From Squalus acanthias (Eukaryota), in contig CM059432.1 in NCBI GenBank assembly GCA_030390025.1, forward strand, positions 56,670,001 through 56,734,000: DNA of 64,000 nucleotides, written 5' to 3'. The translations under genes were made by a program, and so were the position numbers. The first letter of the stretch is position 1, and each line of letters opens with the position of its first letter. Of this stretch, positions 26,036-38,589 are shown one piece after another. The notes beneath the pieces are model-generated. The model saw only the letters and a list, made by a program, of their open reading frames with translations. It was not told where the DNA came from and made no database searches.

Positions 26036-27184
26036 TGTTTTATGGGTGTTTCTGACATGCCTGTAAATGGTGCAACATGAGTTGGCAGAGTGCAATGTAA
26101 TACAAATTATTATCAAGGTGCGAACACTGCGACTAGTATTATTATTCCTTTTGTATAGTCTTTATTGCAGCAGTATTTATGATAGTGGACAGTTGTGTCA
26201 AGAAATAGGAAAAATAATGTTTGTATGACACAGTAGGGAGTATTCAAATGTTATTGGTGCAATATTTGCTGTTAATCATAAAATGGTGCTTATTTTATTT
26301 AAACAAAAAAATATACATGCACTTTTGCTGGAAATAGATAATATGATGGTTAAAAGTGGAATATTGTATTTATTCTACCCAAAAGTAAGACTTTTGAAAC
26401 AAGCGAGTTATCAGGGTTTCATCACTTGTGAATATAACATCAAATAATTAATCACTTGAGTACAGGACAAGGGGACAAATGATTGATGCTGTTGTCTAGC
26501 TTTGTGATATTCTAAATAGTATCACCTGTCAGAAGTTCTACAGCCACCCTATAGTCCTAATTATAATTTCTAATTGCAATGCTGTTAGAAAAAACTGTAG
26601 ATATTGCAGTTTTGACCACTGTCAAATGGAAAGGTGTTAAAATTGAGATAATTTGTTAAAACTGAAAATAAGACTGTAGTATTTGAATCCAGACTGCATC
26701 TCGCACTATTTTGACTTTTATATAAATGTCAAAACAGCTAGCTTTAATAATTATTGGAATAATCTTTTAATTGGGTTGTCAACACATTGGCCATCAGTTT
26801 GAAATCATTCGTCTATGAACAGCTTTTTGAATGGGGAAGTGTATGTAGATGAGCATTAGAGATGCCTTGGAAACTAAAACGGAACAGTTTAAAATTAATT
26901 AGTACAATTTCAGCTCAACAACCTTGTTAATTACTCAGTATGCATTTAATTTACTGCACTTTGTAAAGAGGTCATGGTTCAAAATTGGTCTGCCTTGAAT
27001 AAGAAGGCAACTTGAATCAAATTAAAAAATCCTCATTTACATTTTGTATCTAAAGTGAATATAAATCATTTAAAATTATATCAGTTTAAAATAAAGTTTT
27101 GAATTAGTTTTAAAATGGCCTAAGAGATAAAAAATAGCCTCTTTAAAATATAGAATTACAAGTCTAAACACCTCAGATTTTATG

Positions 27185-27340
27185 TTTTTTTAATTCATTC
27201 TTGAGATTTGGGCATTACTGGCAAGGCTGGCATTTATTGCCCATCCCTCATTGCTCTGAGAAGAATATGGTTGGCCACCTTCTGTGACTTGATACACCTG
27301 AGCAACTTGCTAGGCCACTTCAGAGGGCAATTAAGAGTCT
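27185..27340 (-). mobile_element. 3' part of the SINE derived from the tRNA-headed LINE
   Basis: LINE tail (ggcaaggctggcatttattgcccatccct) joined directly to head-proximal sequence (cacttcagagggcaattaagagtc), as in 62594-63015. Confidence 0.7.
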
Positions 27341-29772
27341 ATTACGTCACTGCTCTGCCACTTCTGATGTCGTGAGTCATAAGGACAGCAGGTTTCCAAC
27401 AGCTTCATGGACTCTTTTACTGACATTTTTATTATTCAACTCCCATCTGCTCCAACCTCTAATATGTGTATTCCTATCCCTTCCCCCTGGCCTTCCTTGC
27501 CTTCTGCAACTTGCTCCTCTTGGTTACTCACCTCATTCAATACTATTCTCCTCCTGGACATAGCTATTCTTCTTCTGCACCTTGGGCATCCTCCATCATG
27601 CCCACTGTGGTAATGTCTCTTGTCTCTTTCAGAGCAATTGCCTCACTCCCCCCCCCCTTTCTCAATGAACAGCCACCCAGCTTATTTACTAGGGGTTAAC
27701 CTCTGGTTTAATCACATTTCCTCCTTGTTGACTTCACTGGTGGACCTCAGCCTCTCGCCCTACTCTGTCAATCTCTGTTTTCTCTCGAGAGCAAGACCCA
27801 CCCCATCCACAACTTCATCCTTGATGAGTCTACTGAAGGAAATCTTGCTCATAGACTGACTCTTTCTCCGCTCATTCGCCTGGTAATACATTTCACTGTG
27901 CCCTCCACCCAACTGCTCAGGCGATACTGTGGCATGATCAGCTAGTTCTACTTGGACCTCTCCCTGTATCTCTGGCACATTTCTGTAATTTTAGCACATT
28001 GCCCTCTTCTACCCTTCCCACTCCTTCTTGTCATCTATCCCATCCTATGCCGCACAGTGATTTCTTCACTGAGATCTTCTCCTTATTTTTTACATTAACT
28101 TCAAGGGACGGCTTATTGTAGATGACTTTAATCTTAATGTAACCTCCACTGCCCCCTCTCCTCTGACTTTGACTTTGACATTTCCGACCTGACTCAATCT
28201 CACTGCTCACAAACCCCACCCATTCCCATGGCCATCCACTCAGCCTTGCTATCCCGTGACTTTGCCACATGTGGGGTTTCAATCAGTGACCAAACTATTT
28301 CGGATCACTACCTTATTGAAAACATATTTTTCTTTCACCTACCCCCCCAATGCTGGCAATGGAAATAAGGATTATTAGATTCATTCCAGATTTAAGGGGA
28401 CAGAACTATAAGGAGAAGTTAGCTACCTTAGGACTTTCTCCCTTGAAAAGAAAAGACCGAGGGTGAATTAATAGTCATGGAGTCATAACGGCACAGAAGG
28501 AGGCCATTTGGCCCATCGGGTCCGTGCCGGCTCTCTGTAGAGCAATCCAGTCAGTCCCATTCCCCCGCTCTATCCCCGTAGCCCTGCAAGTTTATTTCCC
28601 TCAAGTGGCTATCCAGTCTCCCCTTGAAAACATTGAGTGTCTCCACTTCCGTCGGCAGCGAGTTCTAGGTCCTTGCCACTTGCTGTGTAAAAAAGTTTTT
28701 CCTCACATGCCCCCCTGTATCTCTTGCCCAAAACCTTAAGTCTTAAGTCCCCTAATCCTTGTGCCATCAACTAGTGGGAACAGCCTTTCCCCGTCTAGCC
28801 TATCCAAACCAGTCGTACTCTTGTACACCTCTATCAAATCACCCCTCAACCTCCTTTGCTCTAACGAAAACAAATCCAGCTTCTCCAACCAGTCCTTGTA
28901 GCTAAGATCCCCCATCCCCGGAACCATTCTGGTAAATCTCCTCTGCACCCTCAAGTACCTTCACATCCTTCCTAAAGTGTGGTGACCAGAACTAGACGCA
29001 ATACTCCAGTTGTGGCCTAACCAATGCTTTATAAAGGTTCAGCATAACTTCTCTACTTTTGTACTCTCTACCTCTATTTATGAAGCCCAAGATGCCAGAT
29101 GCTTTGCTAACCACTCTCTCAATATGTCCTGCCACCTTCAGGGACCTATGCACATTAACTCCCAGGTCCCTCTGTCCCTGCCCACTCTTTAAAGCTGTGC
29201 CATTAAGTGTATATTGCCTCTCCCTGTTCCTTCTGCCAAAATGCATCACCTCACACTTCTCTGTATTAAATTCCATCTGCCACTTGTCTGCCCAGTCTGC
29301 TAGCCTTTCTGTGTCCTGTTGCAGTCAATTGGTATCATCCTCACTGTTTGCCACACACCCAAGTTTGGTGTCATCGGCAAATTTCGAAATTCTACTCTGT
29401 ATTCCAATATCCAGGTCATTTATAAAGATATATATCAAAAAAAGCAGTGGCCCCAGCACTGACCCTTGGGGAACACCATTGTCTACCATCCTCCAGTCTG
29501 AAAAACAGCCATTTACCACAACTCGCTGTTTTCTGTCCTTAAGCCAATTCCTTATCCAAGCTGCCACTGACCCACCTATTCCATGAGCCTCAATTTTGTT
29601 AACCAGCCTTCTGTGTTGTACTTTGTCAAACGCCTTTCTAAAATCCATGTAGACAACATCCATTGCATTCCCTTCATCAATCCTCCCTGTTACTTCATCA
29701 AAAAACTCAATTAGATTAGTCAAACATGATCTGCCTTTTACAAATCCGTGTTGGCTCTCCTTAATTAGCTTA

Positions 29773-32221
29773 AACATGGAAACATAGAAGATAGGAGCAG
29801 GAGTAGGCCATTCGGCCCCTCGAGCCTGCTCCGCCATTCGATGAGATCATGGCTGATCATCCAAACTCAGTACCCTGTACCTGCCTTCTCCCCATATCAT
29901 AGAAACATAGAAACATAGAATCTAGGAGCAGGAGTAGGCCATTCGGCCCGTCGAGCCTGCTCCACCATTCAATACGATCATGGCTGATCATCCAAATCCA
30001 GTACCCTGTCCCTGCTTTAATCCCCACAGTACACATATCCCACCCTACCCCCGTAACCCCACGTATTTAATTCCCCCTAACATATCCCATCCTATCCCCA
30101 TAACCCCACATATTTAATCCCCCCCTAACACTAAAGATCAATTTATCATAGCCAAATCAACCTAACCCGCACATTTTTGGACTGTGGGAGGAAACCGGAG
30201 CACCCGGAGGAAACCCACGCAGACACGGGGAGAAAGTGCAAACTCCTTGATACCTTTAGCTTTAAGAAATATATCTAACTCATTCTTGAATATATTTAAT
30301 GACTTGGCCTCAACTACCTTCTGTGGCAGAGAATTCCACAGGTTCACCACTCTCTGGGTGAAGAAATTCTTCCTCATTTCTGTCCTTAGATTATGACCCC
30401 TGGTTCTGGACTCTCCGACCATCGGGAACATTCTTCCTGCATCTAGTTTGTCCAGACCTGTCAGAATTTTATATGTTTCGATGAGATCCCCTCTCATTCT
30501 TCTATACTCCAGCGAATATAAGCCCAATCGACCCAATCTCTCCTCATATGTCATTCCTGCCATCCCAGGTATCAGCCTTGTGAATCTTCGCTGAACTCCT
30601 TCCATGGCAAGAACATCCTTCCTCAGATAAGGCGACCAAAACTGCACACAGTACTCAAGGTGTGGTCTCACCAAGGCCCTGCACAACTGCAGCAAGACAT
30701 CCCTGTTCCTATACTCAAACCCTTTCGCTATGAAGGCCAACATACCATTTGCCTTCTTCACCGCCTGCTGCACCTGCATGCTTACTTTCAGCGACTGGTG
30801 CACAAGGACACCCAGGTCTCGTTGCACTTCCCCTTCTCACAATCTATTGCCATTCAGATAATAGTCTGCCTTTCTGTTTTTGACACCAAAGTGGATAACC
30901 TCGCATTTATCCACGTTATATTGCATCTGCCACGCTTCTGCCCACTCACCCAACCTGCCCAAATCATCCTGGAGTTTCTCGGTATCCTCCTCACAGCACA
31001 CACTCCCACCCAGCTTTGTGTCATCTGCAAACTTGGAGATATTACATTTAGTTCCCTTATCTAGATCATTAATGTATATTGTGAATAGCTGGGGTCCAAG
31101 GACCGATCCCTGCGGTACCCCACTAGTCACTGCTTGCCACTCGGAAAAAGACCCATTAATTCCTACTCTCTGCTTTCTGTCCGCCAACCAGTTCTCTATC
31201 CAAGTCAATACCTTGCCCCCAATCCCATGTGCCTTAACTTTACATGCTAATCTCTTATGCGGGACCTTATCGAAAGCCTTTTGAAAGTCCAAATACACCA
31301 CATCTACTGGTTCTCCCTTATCTATTTTCCCAGTTACATCCTCAAAAAATTCCAGTAGATTAGTCAAGCACGATTTACCTTTTGTAAATCCATGTTGACT
31401 TTGTCCGATCCTGTCACTGTTTTTCAAGTGCTCAGCTATTACATCTTTTATAATGGACTCTAGCATTTTCCCCACTACCGATGTCAGGCTTACCGGTCTG
31501 TAATTCCCCGCTTTCTCTCTACCACCCTTTTTGAATAGTGGGGTAACATTAGCTACCCTCCAATCCATGGGTACAGTTCCAGATTCCATCGAATGTTGGA
31601 AGATGATCAGCAATGCATCTACTATTTCTAGGGCCACTTCCTTAAGTACCCTAGGATGTAGATTATCAGGCCCTGGGGATTTATCGGCCTTCAATCCCGT
31701 CAATTTCCCTAACACCATTTCCCTGCAAATACTGATTTCTTTCAGTTCCTCCCTTTCATCAGACCGTATGTTCTCCAACATCTCTGGGAGGTTATTTGTG
31801 TCCTCCTTTGTGAAGACAGAACCAAAATATGCATTTAATTGGTCGGCCATTTCTTTGTTCCCCATTATAACTTCCCCCGCTTCTGACTGTAAGGGACCTA
31901 CACTTGATTTCACTAATCTTTTTCTCTTCACATATCTATAAAAGCTCTTACAGTCAGTTTTTATGTTCCCAGCAAGCTTACTTTCATATTCTATTTCCCC
32001 TTCTTAATTAATCCCTTTGTCCTTCTTTGTTGAATCCTAAACTGCTCCCAATCCTCAGGGTTACCGCTTTTTCTGGCCAATTTATATTGCCTCTCCTTGA
32101 ATCTTATGCTATCCCTAATTTCCCTTGTTAGCCATGGTTGAGTCACCCTTTTTGTTTTATTCTTATGCCACACTGGGATGAACAAATTCTGTAGTTCATC
32201 CATGCAGTCTTTGAACCTCTC
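29773..32221 (-). mobile_element. CR1 LINE 'B', 5'-truncated, relatively young
   Basis: 364-aa and 221-aa ORF2 segments with RT motifs; (tttctatg)n tail at 29773-29790. Confidence 0.93.
29898..30246 (-). mobile_element. 5'-truncated V-SINE (HE1-like) with CR1-derived tail, inserted in the 3' end of CR1 'B'
   Basis: V-domain GGAGTTTGCAC.TTCTCCCCGTGTCTGCGTGGGTTTCCTCCGGGTGCTCCGGTTTCCTCCCACAGTCCAAA, then CR1-like tail and (tttctatg)n. Confidence 0.8.
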
Positions 32222-33575
32222 CAAGTGCCCGTTAATTTTTTCCTTGATTATTGTTTATAAAACTTTACCCACCACTGATGTTAAACTGACCGGCCTGTAG
32301 TTACTAGGATTGTCCTTGCACCCTTTCTTGAACAATGGTGTCTCATTTGTCACTTTGCAATCCTCAGGCACCTCCCCCGCACCGAGGGAAGATTGGAAAA
32401 TTATGGCAAGCCCTTCTGCTGTCTCCTCCCCCAATTCCCTTAGCAACCTGGGATGCAAGCCATCTGGACCAGGCGACTTATCCACTCTAAGCATACCCAG
32501 TCTTTCTAGTACATCCTGTCTATCAATTTTCACCCCTACCTTTTACACTTCTACCGATATTTTGTCAGCATCCACCTCCTTGGTAAACACCGATACAAAG
32601 TACTCATTGAGTATTCTAGCCTTGCCCTGCGCCTCTAAGCATATATCACCTTCTTTGTCCCTAATAGGCCCCACCCCGCCTCTTCTACCGGCATGTAAGC
32701 AGTAAGCGGGTAGTAAGATTTTTGGGTTCCCTTTTATGTTAACCGCCATTCTACTCTCATATTCTCTCTTTGCCAGTCTTATTTTCATCTTCACTTCCCC
32801 TCTCAACTTATTGTATTTGGTCTGGTTCTCCCTTGAAGAATTCACCTGACATTCATCATACACCCTCTTTTTTTTGTTTTATCATCTTCTCTATCTCCTT
32901 CGTCATCCAAGGAGCCCTTGCTTTGGTTCCCTTACCCTTCCTTCTTGTTGGAATGTACCTAGCCTGTACTTGAAACATCTCCTCCTTAAAGATCACCCAT
33001 TGTCCTGTTACAGTTTTTACTGTCAGTCTTTGGTTCCATTTTACCCTGGCTAGATCCTTGCGCATCCCATTGAAGTTAGCCCTATTCCAGTTTAGAAGGA
33101 CCACTCTAGATTGTTCCTTGCTCCTCTCCATTGCTAATCTAAATCTTATGATACGATGATCACTCGTATCCAAGTGTTCTCCAACAGACACTTGGTCGAC
33201 CTGGCCCACCTCATTCCCCAGCACCAGATCCAGCAATGCCTCCTTCCTAGTTGGGCCAAGAACATACTGGTCAAGGAAATTCTCCTGAACACATTTCAGA
33301 AATTCCTCCCCCTCCTTTCCCTTTACCGTAGCATTATCCCAATCGATATTTGAGTAATTGAAGTCCCCCAATATCACCACTCTATAGCTCTTGCATATCT
33401 CTGCGATTTCCCTGCAGATTTGCTCCTCTACCTCCTTCTCACTATTTGGATGCCTGTAGAAAACCCCCAATAGCGTGATCATACCCTTTTTGCTCCTCAA
33501 CTCTAACCAAATGGATTCTGTCCTTGTCCCCTCAAGAACATTCTCCCTTTCTAACACTACAATGTCTTCCTTAAT

Positions 33576-35817
33576 AATAAATGCATCTATACTTTTCGCT
33601 TCAACCACTCCCTGTGGTCGTGAGTTCCACATTCTCACCACTCTCTGGGTAAAGAAGTTTCTTCTGAATTCCCTATTGGATTTCTTGGTGACTTTCTTTG
33701 TTGATGGCCTCTAGTTATGCTCTTCCCCACAAGTGGAAACATTCTCTCTCTATCCACTCTATCAAGACCTTTCATAATTTTAAAGACCTCTATTAGGTCA
33801 CCCCTCAGCCTTTTTTCAAAAGAGACTCAGCCTGTTCATCCTTTCCTGATGTGTATACCCTTGCATTTCTGGTATCATCCTTGTAAATCTTCTCTGCACC
33901 CTCTCCAGTGCCTCTTAAAGGGGGTTCAGGAACAGAGTGACCTGGGGTATATGTGCACTAATCTTTGAAGGTGACAGGACAAGTTGAGAAGGCTGTTAAT
34001 AAAACCAAGGATCCCATATTCTTTTTTAAAGAGGCGTAGAGTATAAAAGCAAGAAAGTTTTGCTAAACCTTTATAAAACATTGGTTAGGCTTCAGTTGGA
34101 GTATTGTGCTCTATTCTGGGCACCACACTTTAGGAAGGATGTCAAGGCCTAAGAGAGGGTGTAAGATTTGCTAGAATGGTACCAGGGATGAGGGACTTCA
34201 GTTATGTGGAGAGACTACAGAAACTGTGGTTGTTCTCCTTAGAGCAGAGAAGGTTAAGGGGAGATTTGATAGAGGTTCGGTTTTGATAAGGAGAAACAGT
34301 TTCCCGTGGATGAAGGGTCGGTAACCAGAGGAGACAGATTGAAGGTGATTGGCATAAGAACTAGAGGCGACAGGGGGTGGGAGTGGGGCGAGAAATTGAG
34401 TTGTTGTGATCTGGAACGCACTGCCTAAAAGGGTGGTTGAAGCAGATTCAGCAGTAACTTTCAAAGGGGAATTGGATAAATACTTGAAAGGGAAAGTTTT
34501 ACAGGGCTATGGGAAAAGAGCAGGGGCGTGAGACTAAATGAATAGTTCTACCAAAGAACCAACACAGGCACGATGGGCCGAATGGCTGCCTCCTGTACTG
34601 TCTCATTCTGTGATTCTAGGTAACTAGGTCGAAGAGGTAAGTTTTATGGAAGGTCTTAAAGGAGGAGAGAGAGGTGGAGAGATTTAGGGAGGGAATTCCA
34701 GAGATGGCTGAAGGCACGGCTCCCCTATCTTCTCCAATGACCTTTTGGCTGCTTTGATAGCTTTTGTTGCCTTCACCTGAGCTTGATACCTTATCCCTGC
34801 ACTTCTGAGAACTAATTTATTTTAGTCTGAAAAGTCAATTTATCCTTGTACATGACCAGCTAGCTACTTTTATTTGTTTTACCATGTGCCCTTCTTTTGA
34901 CTCAAGGGACATACATAACCTCCTTTCGCATTAGGATGGTTTTAAAGGTATTCAATTTTTCTGTTTTGCTGGTGATATCCCCGCCCAATCGATCCGGTTC
35001 AAGTCCTCTGCCATCTTGGCAAATCCCGCTCTCTTGAAATCTGGAACTAACATAACATTTTCAGCAACTTTGGTTCGGCTGACTTAAACTCTGCGTGTCT
35101 CAGTAAGGATTCTTCAATCTGGTTGAAGAGACATGCTGTTGCTTGTCCTGTTCACACAGATCCCAGATCCCCTGTAGAGAGCGCTGCACTGGATCAGACT
35201 CCCGATAACTAAGTTGCTGCGCAAAAGCCCAGTAGAAGTTTGTGGGCAGCTGTAAGTGTAATGAATGACATTCGCCGCTGATCATGAAATCCGGGCCATT
35301 GTGGTCACTGTTGCCCAGGTGTTTCCCCAGGTGGAGATCTGGTACTGCAATAGGATCACCATTAAAAACTAAATCAAGTCCCCAATTACCTGCAGTTTTC
35401 TCAGTCTCCGTGTTGGGAAACAATCATTTATGACATCTGCAAATCTTTCAGCTGTCAATACTAGATGACTCAGCATTGGACTATTGAATGGCTTGGAAAT
35501 TAAAATCCCCCCCTTTACATAGACATTACCTGATTTTATATTCCTTTGTATTTGGATGCCCACAGATTACCAGATTTTATTAAATGTAATCTTATGATTC
35601 ACCATGGGATTTGAACGCTCAACCAGTGGGTTACTAGTCCAGTACTATGAGAGTTGAGTATATTCAAGGCCGAGATAGATTTTTGGACTCTTGGGGAATC
35701 GAGGGATATGGGGAATTGGGTGGGAGGGTGGCGTTGAGGTCTAAGATCAGCCATGATATTGAATGGTGGAGCAGGCTCGAGGGGCCGTATGGCCAACTCC
35801 TGCTCCTAATTCTTATG
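33576..35817. mobile_element. Composite insert of CR1 (- and +), L2-like, older CR1, MITE and SINE-head fragments ending in a CR1 tail
   Basis: Bounded by ttaat (33571-33575, 35818-35822) within the CR1 'A' EN domain; ends in a plus-strand CR1 3' UTR ...cctaattcttatg. Confidence 0.7.
35060..35297. mobile_element. Short Harbinger-type MITE remnant
   Basis: Right TIR gaaatccgggcc, flanked by ATT on both sides; end resembles the 47945 element; left TIR degraded. Confidence 0.55.
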
Positions 35818-37279
35818 TTAATCAGCACTGCCACCCCACCTCCCTTTTTTCCTTCCCTATTTTTTTCTGAACACCTTGTACCCTTGAATATTAAGTGCCC
35901 AGTCCTCACTGTTTTTAAGCCACGTTTCTGTTATTGCAACAACATCATATTGCCACACGGCTAATTGTGCTTGTAGCTCGCCAACCTTATTCACCACACT
36001 TTGTGCGTTTACGTACATGCATTCTAAACCCATTTTTGAATTTTTCATAGTCTTTCTTAGTCCGCTCCTATCTAATATTGTACTACTTCCACCTCTAGTA
36101 CTACTTTCTTCTCTAGTACTGTGCAACACACTCACTCTTTCATGCGCCTTATTCCTCTCTTCTACTCCTATATGCTGGTGCCCATCCCCCTGCCAAGCTA
36201 GTTTAATTCATCCCCAACAGCACCAGCAAACCTCCCTGCGAGAATATTGGTCCCGGCTCTGTTGAGGTGTTACCCGTCCGGCTTGTCCAGGTCCCACCTT
36301 CTCCAGAAACGGTCCCAATGCCTCAGGAATCTAAAGCCCTCCCTCCTGCACCATCTCTCCAGCCACGCATTCGTCTGTCCTATCCTCCTATTCCAGTACT
36401 CACTAGCATGTGGCACCGGGAATAATCCGGAGATTACTACCTTTGAGGTCCTGCTTTTTAATCTCTCTCCTCGCTCCCTAAACTTTGCCTGCAGAACCTC
36501 ATCCCTCTTTCTGCCTATGTCTTTGGTACCGTATGGACAACGACCTCTGTCTGTTCACCCTCCCCCGTCAGAGTGTCCTGCAGCCGCTCAGTGACATCCT
36601 TGACCCTGGCACCAGGGAGGCAACATATCATCCTGGAGTCACGTCTGCGGCCGCAGAAACGCCTGTCTGCTCCCCTAACTATCGAATCCCCTACCACTAT
36701 TGCTCTTCCACTCTTTTTCCTCCCCTCCTGTGCAGCTGAGCCACCCGTGGTACCTTGGACTTGTCTCTGGCTGCACTCCCCAGTGAACCCATCACCCGTA
36801 CCAGTACACAGAACAGAATACTGGTTGGAGAGCGAGATGCACTCTGGGGACTCCTGCACTACCTGCCTGGTCCTCCTCTTCTGTCTGGCGGTCACCCATT
36901 CCCTCTCTGCCTGCATACTCTTAAGCTGCGGGGTGACCACTTCCAGAAATGTGCTATCCACGTAACTCTCAGCCTCGTGGATGCACCGCAGTGACTCCAG
37001 CTGCTGCTCAAGCTCTGAAACGTGGATGTCGAGCTGCCGTAGCTGGTGACACTTCCTGCACATGTGGTCATCCAGGCTACGCGAAGCGTCCAGGACTTTC
37101 CACATGGCACAGGATGTGCACTCCATGGGACTGAGCTGCCCTGCCATGCCTCTATTTAATAGACTAAAAACTAACGAAGCAGAAATAAACTTAAAACTTA
37201 AAAAAAAACACTCACCAGCTACTCACCAATCAGCTCCTTCCCTTGTGCCGACATCACTTTTTCTACTCTGACGTCACTC

Positions 37280-37560
37280 CTTCGGATTGTGCCTCTGTTG
37301 AGCCGCTGCCTCTTTTGCTCGGTTTCCGCTCTGGTCTTGCCCAGGTCCGCTGCCTCCACTTTCTCTCGCGCTCTTCACAGCGCCGCTGCTCCTGCTCCTC
37401 TCGCTGCTGCTCCCGCTCCTCTCCTCTCGCTGCTCCTCTCGCGCTCTTTACAGCGCCGCTGATCCTGCTCCTCCTCTCGCCGCTCTTCTCGCGCTCTTTA
37501 TAGTGCCACTCCTCTCGTCGCTCCTCTCACGCTCTTTATAGCGCTGCTGCTCCCGCAGTA
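37280..37560 (-). repeat. GC-rich imperfect tandem repeats in CR1 5' UTR
   Basis: Recurring ctcctctcgcgctctt(t)acagcgccgctg units; CRE palindrome tgacgtca at 37269-37276. Confidence 0.65.
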
Positions 37561-37562
37561 TT

Positions 37563-38553
37563 GCTGCTACCGAGCCACTCTTGGTGATGGACATTGAAGT
37601 CCCCCAACATTCTGTGCCCTTGCTACCCTCAGTACTTTTTCCAAGTGGTGTTCAACATGAAGGATTACTGATTCATCAGCTGAGGGAGGGCGGTAGGTGG
37701 TAATCAGCAGGAGGTTTCCTTGACCATGTTTGACTTGAAGTCGTGAGACTTTATAGGGTCTGGAGTCAATGTTGAGGACTCCCAGGACCACTCCCTCCTG
37801 ACTGTATACCACTGTGACACCACCTCTGGTGGGTCTGTCCTGCCAGTGGGACAGGGCATACCCAGGGATGGTGATGGAGGAGTCTGGGACAGTGGCTGAA
37901 ATGTATGATTCTGTGAATATGACTATGTCAGGCTGTTGCTTGACTAGTCTGTGGGACAGCTCTCCCAATTTTGGCACAAATCCCCAGGAGGACTTTGCAG
38001 GGCCGACTGGGCTGGGTGTGTCTTTGTCGTGTCCGAATCCGGTGCCTAGGTTGATGCTGGGCGGCCTATTCGGTTTTATTCTTATTATTGTTTTTTGTAG
38101 TGGTTTGGTGCAACTGAGTGTCTGGCTAGGGGATTTCAGAGGGCAGTCGAGAGTGAACCACATTGCTGTTGGTCTTTAGTCACATAGGCTGGACTGGCTA
38201 AGGACGGCAGATTTCCTTCACCAAAGGACATTAGTGAACCAGTTAGGTTTTTACAACAATCTGGCACTAGCTTTTCATTTCCAGATTTATTTAATTAACT
38301 TAGTTTAAATTCCCCAGCTGCCGTGGTGAGATTTGAACTCATGGTTCATTAGTCCAGGCCTCTGGATTACTACAAAAAGAAAATACTGCAGATGCTGGAA
38401 ATCTGAAATAAAAACAGAAAATGCTGGAGACACTCAGCAGGTCAGGCAGCATCTGTGAAGAGAGAAACAGAGTTAACTTTTCAGGTCAATGACCTTTCGT
38501 CAGAACATTTGGATTACTAGTCCAGTAACATAACTATTATGCTACCCTACCAC
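37563..38553 (-). mobile_element. 5' end of a LINE: tRNA-derived Pol III head fused directly to APE endonuclease ORF
   Basis: A-box-like TAGCATAATAGTT (~38544-38532), B-box GAGTTCAAATCT (~38340-38329), then ATG at 38163 opening 198 aa with GFVPKLGEL..QPDIVIFTES, DRPTRGGVTVVY, TTYRPPS. Confidence 0.85.
38373..38509 (-). mobile_element. Penelope terminal-repeat insertion with 10-bp TSD inside the tRNA head
   Basis: TSD tggattacta (38363-38372, 38510-38519); reverse complement of 8712-8845 including the hammerhead core. Confidence 0.85.
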
Positions 38554-38589
38554 TAATTCTCCCTTTCAAGCGAGCACATCTCCAGCGTC

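Larger units (their letters stand above)
28475..37560 (-). mobile_element. Near full-length CR1 LINE 'A', split by two large insertions (29773-32221 and 33576-35817)
   Basis: 5' UTR repeats 37280-37560; ORF1 MAGQLSPMECTSC..GDSIVRG; EN reads KKGGGVAVLI|KEDIVVLERE across the 33576-35817 insert; RT continues across 29773-32221; tail at ~28475. Confidence 0.88.

Noticed and set aside
27440..28320. Pyrimidine-rich stretch resembling an old L2 endonuclease region
   Set aside because: No clear motif recoverable without alignment, so not listed as a feature.
33576..34618. Second twin-priming inversion (adjacent minus and plus CR1 pieces)
   Set aside because: The two pieces cover overlapping ORF2 regions and differ in sequence, so they are separate elements.
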